A stretch of DNA of 64,000 nucleotides, from assembly GCA_013265495.1 (NCBI GenBank), contig MU061579.1:296872-360871 (forward strand). The letters run 5' to 3'. Of this stretch, positions 25,223 through 39,012 are shown one piece after another (the stretch's first letter is position 1; each line of letters begins with the position of its first letter). Position numbers and translations under genes: made by a program. Origin of the DNA: Vicugna vicugna. Its lineage: Eukaryota. The notes beneath the pieces are model-generated. The model was not told the origin of the DNA. It made no database searches and saw only the letters and a program-made list of their open reading frames with translations.

Positions 25223-25375
25223 ACATACATGTATGTGTATATATAATATGCATTACACACACATATATACATATATGTATGGGTGTATATAATGTGTATT
25301 ACACACACACATATATGTATACATAAATACACATACCTATACATACATACATAAATATATATATATAAAATATAT
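25223..25375. repeat. (TA)/(CA)/(TG) low-complexity tract with a diverged internal dimer
   Basis: Two related units ...gtatatataatatgcattacacacacatatata and ...gtgtatataatgtgtattacacacacacatatatg. Confidence 0.8.
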
Positions 25376-28300
25376 GGAGATAGAGATATTCCTTCACCTT
25401 TTCTGACCTTGAAATGGACCATTTCTACTATGTTAAGTCACACTACCAGGAATATATATGGACCAGATAGGATCATATTACATCTAATTTTATTACTATC
25501 TTACTATTTTATAAATCACATACTGGGATGGGTTTCATAATAGTGACCAGGGACTCTTAGCTGCTAATCAACAAGAGACAGATTAAAAATATCTAAAATA
25601 TAGAAGCTGACTTCTGTCTCTGCTGAGAACAGTGACTTCTGAATTTTTTTGTTTTTAAATTTCATAGACTACTTCCTATTTTTGTAGTTTTGAAATTAAA
25701 TCATTTACTAAAACAATTACATTTTGAAAGATTTTTCAGCTTTTAAATCTACCCTTTAAACAGTACAAATCCATATTATGATTAAATAATCAGGCCAAAG
25801 GTGTTAGAAGGAAACTGTTAATTGTATTCATATATTGGCGGTTTCTTAATTATACAACTGGTGAAACCAGAGGAATTGTTTGATCTTTTTTCCTTTTGTA
25901 GAGAAATTTTGAAAATCAAAAACAGTGACTGTCTTTGCAAAACAAAGAACTGATTACATGTTTAGTCAATAAATAAAGAACGGCTGGTTACATGTTATAT
26001 TTTGTTCATTTATCTCCCCAGCTGCATTTACAAGGTTTCCTTTGAAACTGCGGTAAAATGAGATGGTCTCTGGGTAGAGAACAGAGAAAATAGTGTTTTC
26101 TCTTTTTCATAATGGTCCAGTTCTGCAGTGCACGGTGTACAAGCAGGCCCGGCATTGCAAGGCGATGAGGGCACAGAGGGAAGGCTTCCTATGGTAGAGG
26201 TTATAATTCACTTTAAGAAGGTTCTAAAATGAGAGGAGCTGCCTTGTACGTGTGCACAGGGGCAGCATGTGAGAGGTGCCGAAGGAAGGGTTGCTAGGAA
26301 ATGTACAAACAAGAGGAAAAAAAAGGAAGAAGGACGATGACCTCTGATTATTCCCCCCTTACACGGATTCTACCCATTGTCCTTTCAACAAACATTTCCG
26401 CTAAAATTGCCAGGTCATCTGCACAAGGAAATCAGGTATGCCAAAGCACATGGACCTAATCAGGAAAAGTGTCTAGCCTAGGACAGGACTTCACATCAAA
26501 TCCCACAGTCATTAATGACCAGAAGAGAGCTTCAGGCTGTCACCTTCACTTCATTTGGGCTTGGATATCAGAGTATTCATGTTGGAGAAGAAAGCAGCTA
26601 GCTCATTTGCAGCAAAGCCAACTGTGCTCAAGTATCATGCTAGAAAACCGACTGGTTTTCTGCTACTGGCTGAGTTAAAGTTGCCCCCTTATCTCTCTGC
26701 AATTCTTGTCATTTGAAGGTGGACTGTGGAGAGAAAGGATCACTTTACAGATGGGCTTTAATGCCACCACAAATCTGTAGTGTCTGTGTGAAATGCTGAG
26801 GCTCAGCACTGAAGCACAGTCTGCCAGAGAGAAGACCCAGGAAGTGACCCCACTGTGACCCCCCCATGGGGCTGTGTTTCTTTCTTTCTGGTTTAGCGGG
26901 GAAATGTCAAACAAAACATACAGTCTTCATAGCAAAAAAACTGATAATAATAAAAAGGGTAAACATGCTAGCAGCCTATTTGACCCCCCCCAAGAAAAAA
27001 AACCCACCCATGAATTAAACTAAGCAGACTAGGCATGCACACACATATATACTCACGCAGACATTTTTCTAGTCAGAGAGACTACAGTAGTGGTTTAATA
27101 TGCATCTACTGACATAGTTCCTTTTCTATTTATTATGATTTATAGTCAAGAGATATTTTTTCAAGGTGATTCAAAACTAAGAAAACAAAAATACACATAC
27201 ATACCCAAGATAATATAACATGAGTAAAGCCTTAGCTGAAAATTTCAGTATTAAATTTTCAATAGTCTTATCATCAGATAAAATGAAAAAATAACAGTTT
27301 TCTGAATCCTTTTTTTCCATTTCTATTTTTATTTCTTTTTCTTACCTCCCTTTTGGATAGTAGACTTGCTCTTTCGGTACTGTAGGTTCTACAAAGAGAA
27401 TCCTACATATTTGTTCAAGTATAAAAAAAATTTCTTTTGATAATATGCTATTAGTTTTTCATATTTACACAAACACACATATATGCATGTATGTAGCTAC
27501 ATATCTCTAACTCTACGTTGAATAGACATACTGGTTAATTTCTAAAATGTAATGAATTTGGATTATTTTATATAGATGATACATTTAAAACTGATTTTTT
27601 TGGAACAAATACCATTCTATCATAGAGGTTTGTGAAGTTGAGATCTGAGATTTCAACCAAATGCAATTTTTCTACATTTTTGTGAGAATCAAAGACTTTC
27701 ATTGTGATTCAAACAAGAATGACAAAGGTGACTTAAGAGTTTCATTTTTTGACTTTGTAAGGAGTGCTCTCTTTGTTACCATTGACTTAAAGAGCTCCCT
27801 TTCTATAAATCTGACAGTAGATTATTTGCCTTAAATCTGAGAGGCCTAACCATTTGGAGTTTAAAAGTCCTGCATCAGTCTGACTTGGCATCACGCTGGG
27901 ATGAGTCAAAAGGCCAGACACTATCTCATTGGGAAAGATAAATTATCATGTCTGAGTACCAGGAATAAGGATTCTAAATATGGACGGGTCTAACTCATTC
28001 AACATTTCAATGATGGCCAAGTGACACATGCAGGGCGGGCTCAACCTCTACAGCTGGAACCTTAGCTCTTTGGGAAGATGTGGCAATGTAGATTTGTGAA
28101 GATAAATGACATACCGCTTTTGGGGAACGAATGAAATTTTTAGCTCAGACAGGGACCTTTCAGAAATCTTAATCATTACGTCACTTTTTTTTCTTAATTG
28201 CTTAATTCTCTTCATCCAAGAAAAGCCACTGCAATGTGGCCACCCATTGCCCTCACACATATTTATTCTTGATATTGATTTCCATACTTTTGCATTTAAT

Positions 28301-31300
28301 ATATCACTATAAATATCCATATTTTTATCTCCTTTGACAATTATATTTGCATTTTTATGACAAACTGTTCAAAACAAATGGAAAACTGTTCAAAACAAGT
28401 TGATTTAAGTAAAGATTAAATGAACATGTATAGTGAAAAGAAGAGATTCTCAGAACTTTTTAAAATAAATGATGTAATATCTTCTATTTCTAGCCACTCA
28501 CTAAGGCAATAGATTAAGTGCTAATGACAGAGTCAACAAAAGCAAGATAATATTTTGCTATTACCAATGTCTCGGGTGTTACCTAATTGGCTACCTTTCA
28601 CATCATTTTTTTGGACAAGCATCTCTAAAGGTTGACTTCTGCACTGCTTTCTGTCCCAGAAGCCCTTGGAGCAAAATTAAGGAAAATTGACATTCAGAGA
28701 AAAGAAATGTCATTTGAATTGTTTACATGATCTAAGAAAATAGGATGATGCATTGCTTATGTTGTTAATTTCGGTATCTCCTTTGTCAATCACAAAATAA
28801 ATTCTCTAGCACTGTCCCTGAAATCCTAAGTTAACATTTATCCCATGACAGTGATGAATGAAAGTACCCATGAGATAAAACCAAACTCTTAAAACCAAAG
28901 TAGTAAATTCAAAAGAGCAATAAAAATGGCAATACCATGGTTAATTATTGTTATACTTTATTATTCTCCTAAATTTGGAGAAGTCAAAAAAGCTGATTCT
29001 AAGTATGCTGAGCATGTATTTTTATATTTGGTTTCAAATATTGGGGTCAATCAGTGGCTGAAGTCTAAAAATGAGGTGAAATACTAGCAGAAAAAGGTTT
29101 TCAAGAAAAATGGTAATTTTGTTTTGACTAAAATACAGCTCATTAATGGACTTTCATGAACTACATTCTTAGATTTTATTGCTAATTTAAACTGCTTATA
29201 AGTTTCACTGTAGGAATATAGTCAGATAATATGCCAACTTATTTAACATGTTCTTGTCTAGGATCTACTATATATCTGTCAGAGTGAAAGAAACTGAATA
29301 CATAGCAATAAACAAAATATAAATGGTTCTTTAAGATTTACTGGAATTAATTTTCACGTAATTTAATACTAACAAAAGTTTGCTAACATATATATTTGTC
29401 TATGATTTATAAAATGCTTTTAAAGGCATTATGTAATTGATCCTTTTTGTGATCTATGAAAACATGTAAATAATTATTATGATTATTTACATTTTATATG
29501 TGAAGGAATAAAACTCTAAGGGTTTAAATAAATTTAAAAATATTTTTGGCTTCTAAGTAGTAGAGTTGGGGCTTAAGTGTAATTGAATACTCACTGCTTC
29601 ATGCTTTGCAGTTGCTCTCTGTAACGTAAAGAAATTCTTGTTCATTTTCTAGATTTTCTACAGATTTTTTTCTCTCTCTTCTTCCTTTAGCAGAAAGTTT
29701 CAGCAATGTCTTCCATTCTAATATTTGGTTATATTATTCATACATTTTAGTTAATTGATACACAAAATATTCACAGAATCATAGAGTAAGAAGTAACTGT
29801 GTTAAGTCTGAACTAACTCACATCCTCCAGATAAGTAAAAACATCAGTAGTCCCAAATACTAAACAATTTATTTAATTTTTTTAAGGCTCCAGTTGACCT
29901 TTTAGTTGTATAGTCTAGAATTAGTCATTCTTGGAAAGAAAAATTAGTTAGTCTCAACATTTTCTCTGGATACAACTTAAATTCATTATTCCCTGGCTTA
30001 CAGTTGAAAATGATTGATAAAGTCCTATTAAAATGTTTACTCATCTTTCTCTGGAGCAGATATGTTTCATCTCTGACTACTCCAAATGTCAATAATCTAT
30101 TTTCTCTAACTCTGACTATTTATAGTATTTGAAGTATGTATCACACAAATAGGATAGTATGTATTGAAACTCATTTTACATTCATCATTAAGGTTTTATG
30201 TACTTAAATTCCATACATTGTAAACATAGTAAGGCTTTATATTTTGCTGTGTACATCTTTATCTGACTGCTTATTACTCACAGATGATGTTTTATTTGGA
30301 TGGTTTCTCAAATGTATTATATAGAGGCTGAAATCCAGAATTATATGTAATTTCCTATTTTCCTATTTTGGCTTTAGGATAAAGTCTGTTATATCCAATG
30401 GTTAATAAGGAAATCTTAGAGGCAATGCCTAATTCTAGCTAATGTGCTCAAGTACAGCTACTCTCTATAGCTCCTTTGGATTAATATTATTCAATTTCAT
30501 TGACTAGACATATAGTCCAAAATCAGCATATTTTGTCTTAAAGTGGCACATGTAATCATTATAACTATTTGGCAGATATCATTCTGTACATTACAGCTAT
30601 TACAATAATCAAGAGTTAATACATGGCAGAAAACTTTAAGTACCATAACAATAGAAGTACAGAATTTTAGAAGGAAAAAATGCATACGTTTGCATTGATC
30701 ATAAAAAATTTCATCGAGTAGCTTTGAGGCAGGCCTTAATAAAGGCTAAGCAGGGTTTGTTTGGGTGTTAATAGAATGATAGGAATTGTGAGAAATCCAC
30801 TGTTCAGGAAATAGTTGTCATTACCCTTCTCTGGCATAGACAGGATTCCATTCTTTTATTTCCGTTAGTTCTCTCTTTTAGTCATTACAACACAATCCAA
30901 AATATGGAAAACTACTTCAGCTGTACATGTGGAGGGGTAGTGATGTGAAAGAACACATGATAGACAGAAAGTCAAAAGAAATGTTTTGTCCTTGATTTTA
31001 TTTCTAATTAGACTTAGATGTTTGTTAAACTGTGTAGGCTCTCCAACACTCATTTTGCACATCTGAAAAAATAAATGAGTTAATACTCATTAACCTCCCA
31101 CCAAATATTCAATGTTTATGATCTTTTAAAAATGATTGCAATTATATTTTCTGCTCTTCTCTTCTTTTTGAGCTAACCTGGTATTTTAACCTCAGGGTCT
31201 TTCTCATTTCTCTTTGCATATCTCTCTACACAAGCTGAATTTAACAATGATTTGTGAATATTCCACACTCTTCCAACTTGAGCCATTGGGACTGAGCCAG

Positions 31301-31539
31301 TGGGAAATAAGAAAAGCAAAGGGCTAGAAATTCAGGGTGAGGTTAGGTGATTGAAAATATTTGTGTGAAACTGGTTTGGAAGAAGTTAGACAAGGATATA
31401 TAAAAGTTGGACAAGCAGGCAAGGATATAACATGTCATGCTAAAGAGTTCGGATTTAATTGTCAAGAAGCGGAAAACCACTGAAAGGTGCGAAGTGGGGC
31501 AATTGGTGTGATAATATTTGCATTTTAAAAAGCTGACTT

Positions 31540-32425
31540 GGACTTCCTATTTTCCATCTGGCATGTGAGGGGCTTGGAAATCACCACTCCATTATAACAT
31601 GTGAAAAGTTGAACAAACTGAAAAATCAACAGCTCTTCTTAGATCCTTAAGAGAAAGGCCACAGGGCAAACCACTGACTCCAAAATGAAACAGACAGACA
31701 GATACAGAGATTCAAAACTTACTAGAGCAGAAACACAACAGCAGAAACCTCCACAGGAGCCAGTGCCAGGGTAGGAGAACCTAAAGTGTACTTGATGAGT
31801 TGCTGGAGGCTCAGTGTGGACAAGTCAAAGAATCAAAAACTCCTGGTGGGTCCAGTCCCCATATTTTTCTGAGTTTTACCTTCAAGAGCTCAACCAGAAT
31901 CTTACAGTGAGTATCAGAAAAATCCTCACTTGCTTCTGGCTGAGAGACTGGAAATTCACCATTTTGAAAAACACCAGTGTATACTTTTCTTAACAAGGTC
32001 TGCTCACAATAGAAAGTACTTAACCAGAGGCTAACCTGCTGGGTTTTTATCAGAGCTTAACCTACCTGCGGGAAAGGGGATACTCAATTCCAGCTCTGCC
32101 TAGCCATCCTGTACCACCTAAGGGTGGTTGTGGAGAAACTGAGAAGCCCAGGTAAGTTCACAGTGCAAAGACACAGGCACAATAAAATACTGAAGCCTAA
32201 TCATAGGACTACAGAACATCCCCCACCGCCCTGCCCCACACTTTTCCACACATTACCAATGGCATTTTTAAAGAAGTTTCTTTTACCTAGTGCATGTCCA
32301 ACTATATATATAAAAAAACACATACACAATGTATACTAAAGGACAAAAAAGTTTGAAGAGACCAAGCAAACATCAAAACCATACTCAGCTATGACAGACA
32401 TGTTGGAATTACCAGAATCAGAAAC
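31540..32425 (+). mobile_element. L1MC-type 5' end (L1MCa-like 5'UTR)
   Basis: gacttcc start; gaacaaactgaaaaatcaacagctcttcttagatcc; aaagtttgaagagaccaagcaaacatcaaaacca...atgttggaattaccaga. Confidence 0.75.
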
Positions 32426-32427
32426 TT

Positions 32428-32480
32428 ATCAACCCTTCCAGGTGATTCTGATGTGCACTCAAGTTTGAGAACTACTGGTC
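32428..32480 (+). mobile_element. MER5A hAT terminal fragment
   Basis: ccaggtgattctgatgtgcactcaagtttgagaactactg. Confidence 0.75.
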
Positions 32481-33389
32481 TATGGGAGTGATTTGGATGC
32501 AAAATTTCCTTTTTATGATTTCTCAAAAATTTTTTGTCATTGTACTCACAATTCGTCTCAATATAGGCTTCAAGTAATTTCCTTTTTTTCTACTCCTGTT
32601 ATCTTTACCTATACAAAGATACCATAAATCCTTTGTATGTTTTTAATGCCTTTTAGTGCAGTGCTGCTAAAGAAATATTCATTAAGTGCCTAGTGAAAGG
32701 AAGTCAATAACCGACACATCCTCTAGCTAGGACTGGTTTTGCAAACAACTCTTCTGCAGACAGTCTGACCTGGATAGAGCACTGCTTTTTGGATGATGCT
32801 AAACGTCAATGTGAAGACCTCTAAGTTCCATGAACCGGAGGTGACTCCCATTTATCCAGAGACACAGTGTCTCACATAAGGTTATCTAAGCCAGAGACTC
32901 CCGTTCTCTCTCTTGCTGTTATACAGCAGAGAGGAGAAAAAATAAATCTGATATTTTGGAATGTTGCTATTTAGTATAAGCTCTGGTAAAGGGTTTGATG
33001 GAGGATGAGCTGTGAGTGTTTGACAAAAAACTAAGGGTCCTGATTAAGCAGTTGGTACCCTTCATTCATCAGGGTTATTCCTGCTGCTCATTGGAGTTAA
33101 TATAATTTACTTAGGGGAAAAAAATGATAACTCAGGTTAAGCCTACTCTTATTCTAAAGTACCCAAATGTGTATGTGTTGGATTTTCCCCAGATCTTGTT
33201 CATTTCTCTAATTCATTTTTAGCCCTGGAAATCCTGAGTCATGTAAGAACCAAAGAAATCTGCTTTCTGGTGTAGATGGTCCACCTTCTAAATAAAAATT
33301 AGAACCTGTGCTCAGATCATGCTTTCTTCTTGTTTATCAACCATGAAAACAGTCTCTATGCTATATCCACTGTTCTTAGCAATCTTTGT

Positions 33390-33530
33390 GTATTTCATTT
33401 ATATGATGATCTAGTGAGAGATATCTAGTTACTGGTTCATGGGAAACTGAGGCCTAGTGAGGTTGATTAACTTTTATTAGGTCACATGGCTAGTAAAGAC
33501 CTAAAAGAATTTAAATCCATATCTCTTCTG
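33390..33530 (-). mobile_element. MIR fragment
   Basis: atgggaaactgaggcctagtgaggttgattaact...aggtcacatggctagtaa. Confidence 0.7.
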
Positions 33531-34612
33531 GCAGAGAATCCAATTTCTTTGCAATATCTCAGACCGTATGTGAACATTTATTTCTTCAGAAATGTTAGTG
33601 GAGGTAGCCTCAGGTGCCTTCATGTAATTTTCAGCCTAAAACTATCTTTTGGTGGAAACCTTGGGATTTTTTTTTTTTTTTGGCTTCCAAGTAGCAATTT
33701 TATTTAGTGTTCCTTTACTGATCCAGTCTCCTGTGAATTTTCTATTTACTTCTCTGGTTGGGGAAGAGGGGAATGTTTGCTAACCTGGTTGTACACTCCA
33801 TGCATTGACCTTTTAGCATCCCTTCTGGTCTTGGTTGTTGGAGAATGTCCTCTTCCCACCTGCTTTTGTTTGTACTCTCTGAACCACTGTTTGCATTTAA
33901 TTTCAAAATGTCTCCTTCCATTATCTTCTCTAGTTTTCAAATCATTTTTATGCCACTTTCTATTATACCTCTGATACTTTCCCATTTATCTAAAACTTTT
34001 TAAAAAAAATATTCTAGAGCATGAGAAAAGATGCCAACTGAAAGTGAACCCATGAAGGGAAAAAAGAAGAAAAAAATTAAAGTGGACAGAAGTGTCAAAA
34101 AGATTGAAATACAAGAAATACTGAGTTTAGAAAAGATTTTAGACCTGAAATTTTTCTTAGACAGAAGTCAAGGAAATAAAGTAAAAGTGAGGAAAATAAC
34201 ATAGTAAAGAGTTTGGGACAGCAGTTGCATGGATACAGTTGCTATAGATTTGCCACTTAATCCTAGAAATCCAAGCTGTGAATCACACTGTCTTCCCATA
34301 AATAGATGAGTCTGACATGGCTTTCTGTTCAAATGAGAGAACAAACAAATATGTACAGACATAGACGTCTTTTTTATTTCTTATACTTCTGTAAAATGGG
34401 AATGTGACCTAAACAGTTCTACCTAATACCATATGTATTAGATAGACTCTTGATCAGAGAAAATGTGATATAAGAAGAAGCATTTGCTCTCATTTACTGA
34501 GATCGTCGGAAATGTTGGATAATTTCTCTTTCAGACTGGGATAATCCAGAACAAAAACTGCTAACATAGTAACTGCTGAAGATTCAGATTCAGGTCACTC
34601 TGGCTTCAGAGC

Positions 34613-35660
34613 CAGAGATGGATTCGGGTTATGTAAAATCTGAAGCTTACACAACTCGATGAGGTTACTTTTTAAAAAAGAATGCAAAATTATAAATGGT
34701 ACTTAATTATGAAAGTGAGCATTTTTTAGAATAAGGACAAAAAGCAAAATGTGCATACACATATTTTAATAAGCTGTGCAAACACAATAAGCATTACAAA
34801 AATCCCGAAAAATAACATTTTTAATTAAATAACAGTCTCATATACCTCCACAATACCTTTTTCCTACATTTTTTGGCTCCATACTCATATTACAAAGATT
34901 TTGCATTATCATTTTCTATACAGATATTAGATTATTCAGTCTTTCCACTATCAAGGTTGATCATATTTGTCTTTTTATAAAGATTTTGCAAAGGTTTTTG
35001 AGCTTCACGACTCACTATTGGTGTATTAGTCTACCAGATCGAGTATACAATACTACAGATAGGGTGGTTTAAACAGCAGAAATGTATCTTCCCACAGGTC
35101 TGGGATCTGAATGTCCAAGATCAAGTTGTTGACTAGTTTGATTTCCCTGAGGGCTCTCCTTGCTTTGTAGTTGGCTGCCTCCGCACTGGGTCCTCCCATG
35201 GCACTCTCTGCACACATTTCTAGTGTCTCTTCCTTTTCTGATAAGGAAACCTGCCTGTTGGATTACCAGTCCACCCCTGTGAACTCATTTGAGCTTAATT
35301 ACCTCCTTAAAGGCCCTATTTCCAAATACAGTCACATGAGGGTTAAATTTCAACCTATGGATTTGGGGTGGGGGACAAAATGCAGTCCATAACAGTTGAT
35401 ATTCTCTTGAAAATATTTCACATTGTTGTCAAATTTTGAAAAATTATCTATCAAGTTTTTTTGCATTTATATGTATACAGTAATACTTGTTTCATAGTAC
35501 TGCTAGAAATGTGTGCTCTATAACAGAAATTCTGATAAATTTTATTTCCATAATTTCTATTAAAATAATTGATAGTACATTTATAATTACACTTGGCACA
35601 TTATCAAACAGACTACAGATAGAAGGTATATATAGCATATTTTTAAAAATAAAAAACCAG
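34613..35660 (+). mobile_element. hAT DNA transposon fossil (MER53/hAT-1_Mam-like end), split by MLT1A
   Basis: ggattcgggttatgtaaaatctgaagcttacacaa...tttaaaaaagaatgcaaaattataaat; right boundary uncertain. Confidence 0.5.
35022..35394 (-). mobile_element. MLT1A-type MaLR solo LTR
   Basis: tgtattagtc...cttaattacctccttaaaggccctatttccaaatacagtcacat...cagtccataaca. Confidence 0.9.
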
Positions 35661-35749
35661 AAAATTCATAACATATGTAATCTAATCTCTCCAGGACAGT
35701 AATAAGTGCTCCAGAGATTACTCATAGGGAAGCTGCAACTTAATTTTAA

Positions 35750-35960
35750 TGGTACACTGGCTTACATTACCTGTCATCATTCTGGAACACTGTCTGTTTA
35801 ATTTCATCTCATGCTTTTCTCACCCATTGCTTAACATTCTCCAGTCACACTCCTCTTTACTTCCTCGAACATATAAATTCCGTTTCCACCTCTGAACTTT
35901 TTTGCTGGTTGGTTTTTCTATCTAGTATGTTCTTCCAGATCTTCCTACAGCACTGCAACA
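35750..35960 (+). mobile_element. L2 fragment
   Basis: ctccagtcacactcctctttacttcctcgaacat...ttccacctctgaac. Confidence 0.55.
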
Positions 35961-35974
35961 TGACTCTTTCAAAT

Positions 35975-37175
35975 GACCTCTGCTCCCAAGGAGAATTGGT
36001 GTAACAAGGACCCAATACATCCTGCCTGAGACAATACTAATACTTCATATAAAAGACACAAATATTTTTTGGCTATTAAGAGTGTAGGACAGTGACAGTT
36101 TAGACTTGGGGAGGAAATGAGGTGATCCCTAAAACTGCCTCAGCTTGCTAATTAGAGAGATGTTCCTGGCAGTGGACCAGGGAAGAGCTCAATTAGAGCC
36201 TGAGAGTTTCCCTGTGCTGAGGATTTGGAATGGAAGTCTAGGGAAGGTAGGGCAGCTACACTTTACAGGGGACAGCACCTGACAGGAAAATGCTGCACAA
36301 AGAAGGAGTTTCAGAGATGTAGCGAGTCCACTGAGTCTTCAACTGAGCACTGATCAGTGCATGTGGGTAAGAGAACTACCCAGTGCCATGAAAAATCTAC
36401 CGAAGTGGAGCAGCAGATAAAATCCTGGAGCCTGCATACAGCTGAGAATAACTTATGCTCCTACTAGCCAGAGTTGAAAATGTTGTAATTCATGGGCCAC
36501 TGAGCAGTACAGTCAAAAGGGTGTTGCCTCAGTAGTGTGGCAAAATCAGCCGAAGAACTAAAGACTGATCTGGTTATATCTAACAAAGTTAAAAGCAAGT
36601 CTCGAAAGAGTCAAACATATTCCAAGTAAATTAACTACCCAGACATGTTCTAAGTAAACTACAGTGCAAAACTCAAGAAATTTATAGAAATACAAAAATA
36701 TCCTGTTTTCAACGTAGTAAAATTCACAATGCTTGTAATCCAATCAATAATTGATAAGCATACAATAAAACAGGAGGTATATGCCATGAGAAGGAGAAAA
36801 ACAAGTGAATAGAAATACCCAGAAATTAAATATATCATAGAATTAATAGAAAAGCATATTAAAATAGTTATTATAACTGTAACCCATATGTCAAGGAAAA
36901 GAGCAAAGATTAAACGTGTTAAATATAGACATGGGAAAAATTATAAAAATAAATTGAATTTATAAGAAGGAACATCATGCCTGAGATTTGAAAAATTACT
37001 TGGATGAGATGATCAAGAGATTATACGTTATAAAAGAAAAGATAGCTGAACTTGAAAACGTAACAGTAGAAAGTATCCAAAATAAAACAGACTTAAAAGA
37101 AAAAATAATAAACAAGCTGAGGAACAACTTATGTGTATGAATACATGTTTAACTGAAGTTCCTAGTAGGGGAGAT
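35975..37175 (+). mobile_element. Old L1 (L1MD/MC-type) 5'UTR and start of ORF1
   Basis: gtaaaattcacaatg...ORF1-like gaaaagatagctgaacttgaaaacgtaacagtagaaagtatccaaaat. Confidence 0.65.
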
Positions 37176-37659
37176 AGGAATGCTCTGAAATCTAGGCTGC
37201 TGTTTAGTGACTTTTTTAGCTATTTTTTTGTGAAGTCTATATTCTTTGTCATATTTCACCACTGAAGTCCCTGTTCTGTTCCATCCATGGTCATCTAGTG
37301 AGTTGTCACAGATTTCTTTAAACACCTGGAGCAAAAACCACAAAACTAAAAACAAACCAAAAACCACTTCCTTTCCCTGTCTTGTCAGACTGCCTCTGTG
37401 TTGGGACCTCACTTCACTGTTTAGCCAGGTAGTTTATGTTTCTGCCTTATCTTTCACTTCCTGCATATTCCTCCAAATATCTCCTGCTCATTCCCTTTTT
37501 CCCAAGATGTTCAATTTATTGCTTGCCATAACTGCTATTCCTTGCCGTATGTGGTTATGAATAATAATTTTGCTTTATTTCTTTTGACCATGAAACTACT
37601 CAGCTCAGCTTATTTGTCTTTTTGTGGAGTTCCCCACCTGACATGTTTAGAAATGTCAC

Positions 37660-39012
37660 TGTTGGAGTTGTCATTTTCATTCAGCATAGCCCCCTTGAGA
37701 TTTACCCATGTTATTGCATATATCAATAGTTCATTACTTTTAATTGTTCAGTAATATTCTATGGAATGGATGTACCATATTTTGTTTAACCAATCACCCA
37801 TCAAATGAACTTTGTATCACTTCCAGATTGGGGCTATTTGAAATAAAAGTGCTGTGAACATTTGTATATGGATTTTTAACTAAACCTAATTTTTCTTGTT
37901 TTCTGGGATAAATGTTCAGGATTATAATTTCTAGATGGCATGGCAATTGCAGGTTTAATTTTATAAGAAACTGCCAAACTTTCTCAGAGTGGTTGTACCA
38001 TTTTACATTCCCACCAACAGTGAGTAAGTGATCAGATTTCTCTGTATCACCAGTATTTGGTGTTGTCACTGTTTTTTCTTTTAGCTATTCTAATGGATGT
38101 GTAGTGATAGCTCATTGTCCTTTAATTTGCATTTCCATAATGGCTAATGATAGTGAACATTTTTTCAAGCATTAATTTGCCGTATATATATTCTGTTCAG
38201 CAAAATTTCAGTTTATGTCTGTGGCCTATTTTCTAACTGAATTGATTTATTTGACTTTTGAGCATTTAAATATATATATATATTCTAGAGACTAATCCTG
38301 TGTTGGAAATTTAGTTTGTATGTATTCTATCTTAGTCTTTAAGTTGATTTTTATTACTCTTACTAGGATCTATTGTAGAGCAAAATAATTTAATTTTGAT
38401 GAAGTCCAATTTATTAATTTTTCCTTTTATAGATCATGCATTTGATGACAAATTTAAGAACTCTTTAATCAACCCCAAATTCCAAAGATTTTTCTCCTAT
38501 GAAATTTTTCTAAAGTGCAATAGCTTTATATGTAAGGCTGTCATCTGTTTGGAGTTAATTTTTGTATGATAGGTGAGGTTAGATTGAGAATTTGTTTCGT
38601 TTTTCTTATAGATGTCCAATTTCTCCATCATATTTTTTTAAAAAAGACTTTTCTTTCTCCATTGAATTGCTTTGCTTTCATAACTCTGTCAAAACTCAGT
38701 AGAGCATGTTTGTATGGGTCTATCTGGGAGTTCTTCATTCTTTTCCATTTATGCATGTATAGGTTTCTATCCTAATACTGCATTGTCTTGATTACTTTAG
38801 CTATGTAGTAGGATTTCATTCTTAGAGTGATTAGTCTTATATTATTCTCCTTTTTCAAGATTGTATTAGCTATTCTAAGGCCTATACAATTCCATATTAA
38901 TTTTAGAATAAACTTGTCCATATCTTCATAAAAGCTTGTCACTGTTTTGATAGGAATTGCACTAAATCTATAGATCAATTTGGGAAGAACTGACATCTTT
39001 AATATGTTGAAT
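37660..39012 (-). mobile_element. L1MC/MD ORF2 C-terminus and 3'UTR
   Basis: ORF 38772-38996 MSVLPKLIYRFSAIPIK...LKLIWN...IANTILKK and 37794-38069 VGGNVKWYNHSEKVWQFLIKL are L1 ORF2 remnants. Confidence 0.9.

Noticed and set aside
25141..25422. 93-aa Y/I/C/V-rich ORF
   Set aside because: Translation of a TA/CA microsatellite
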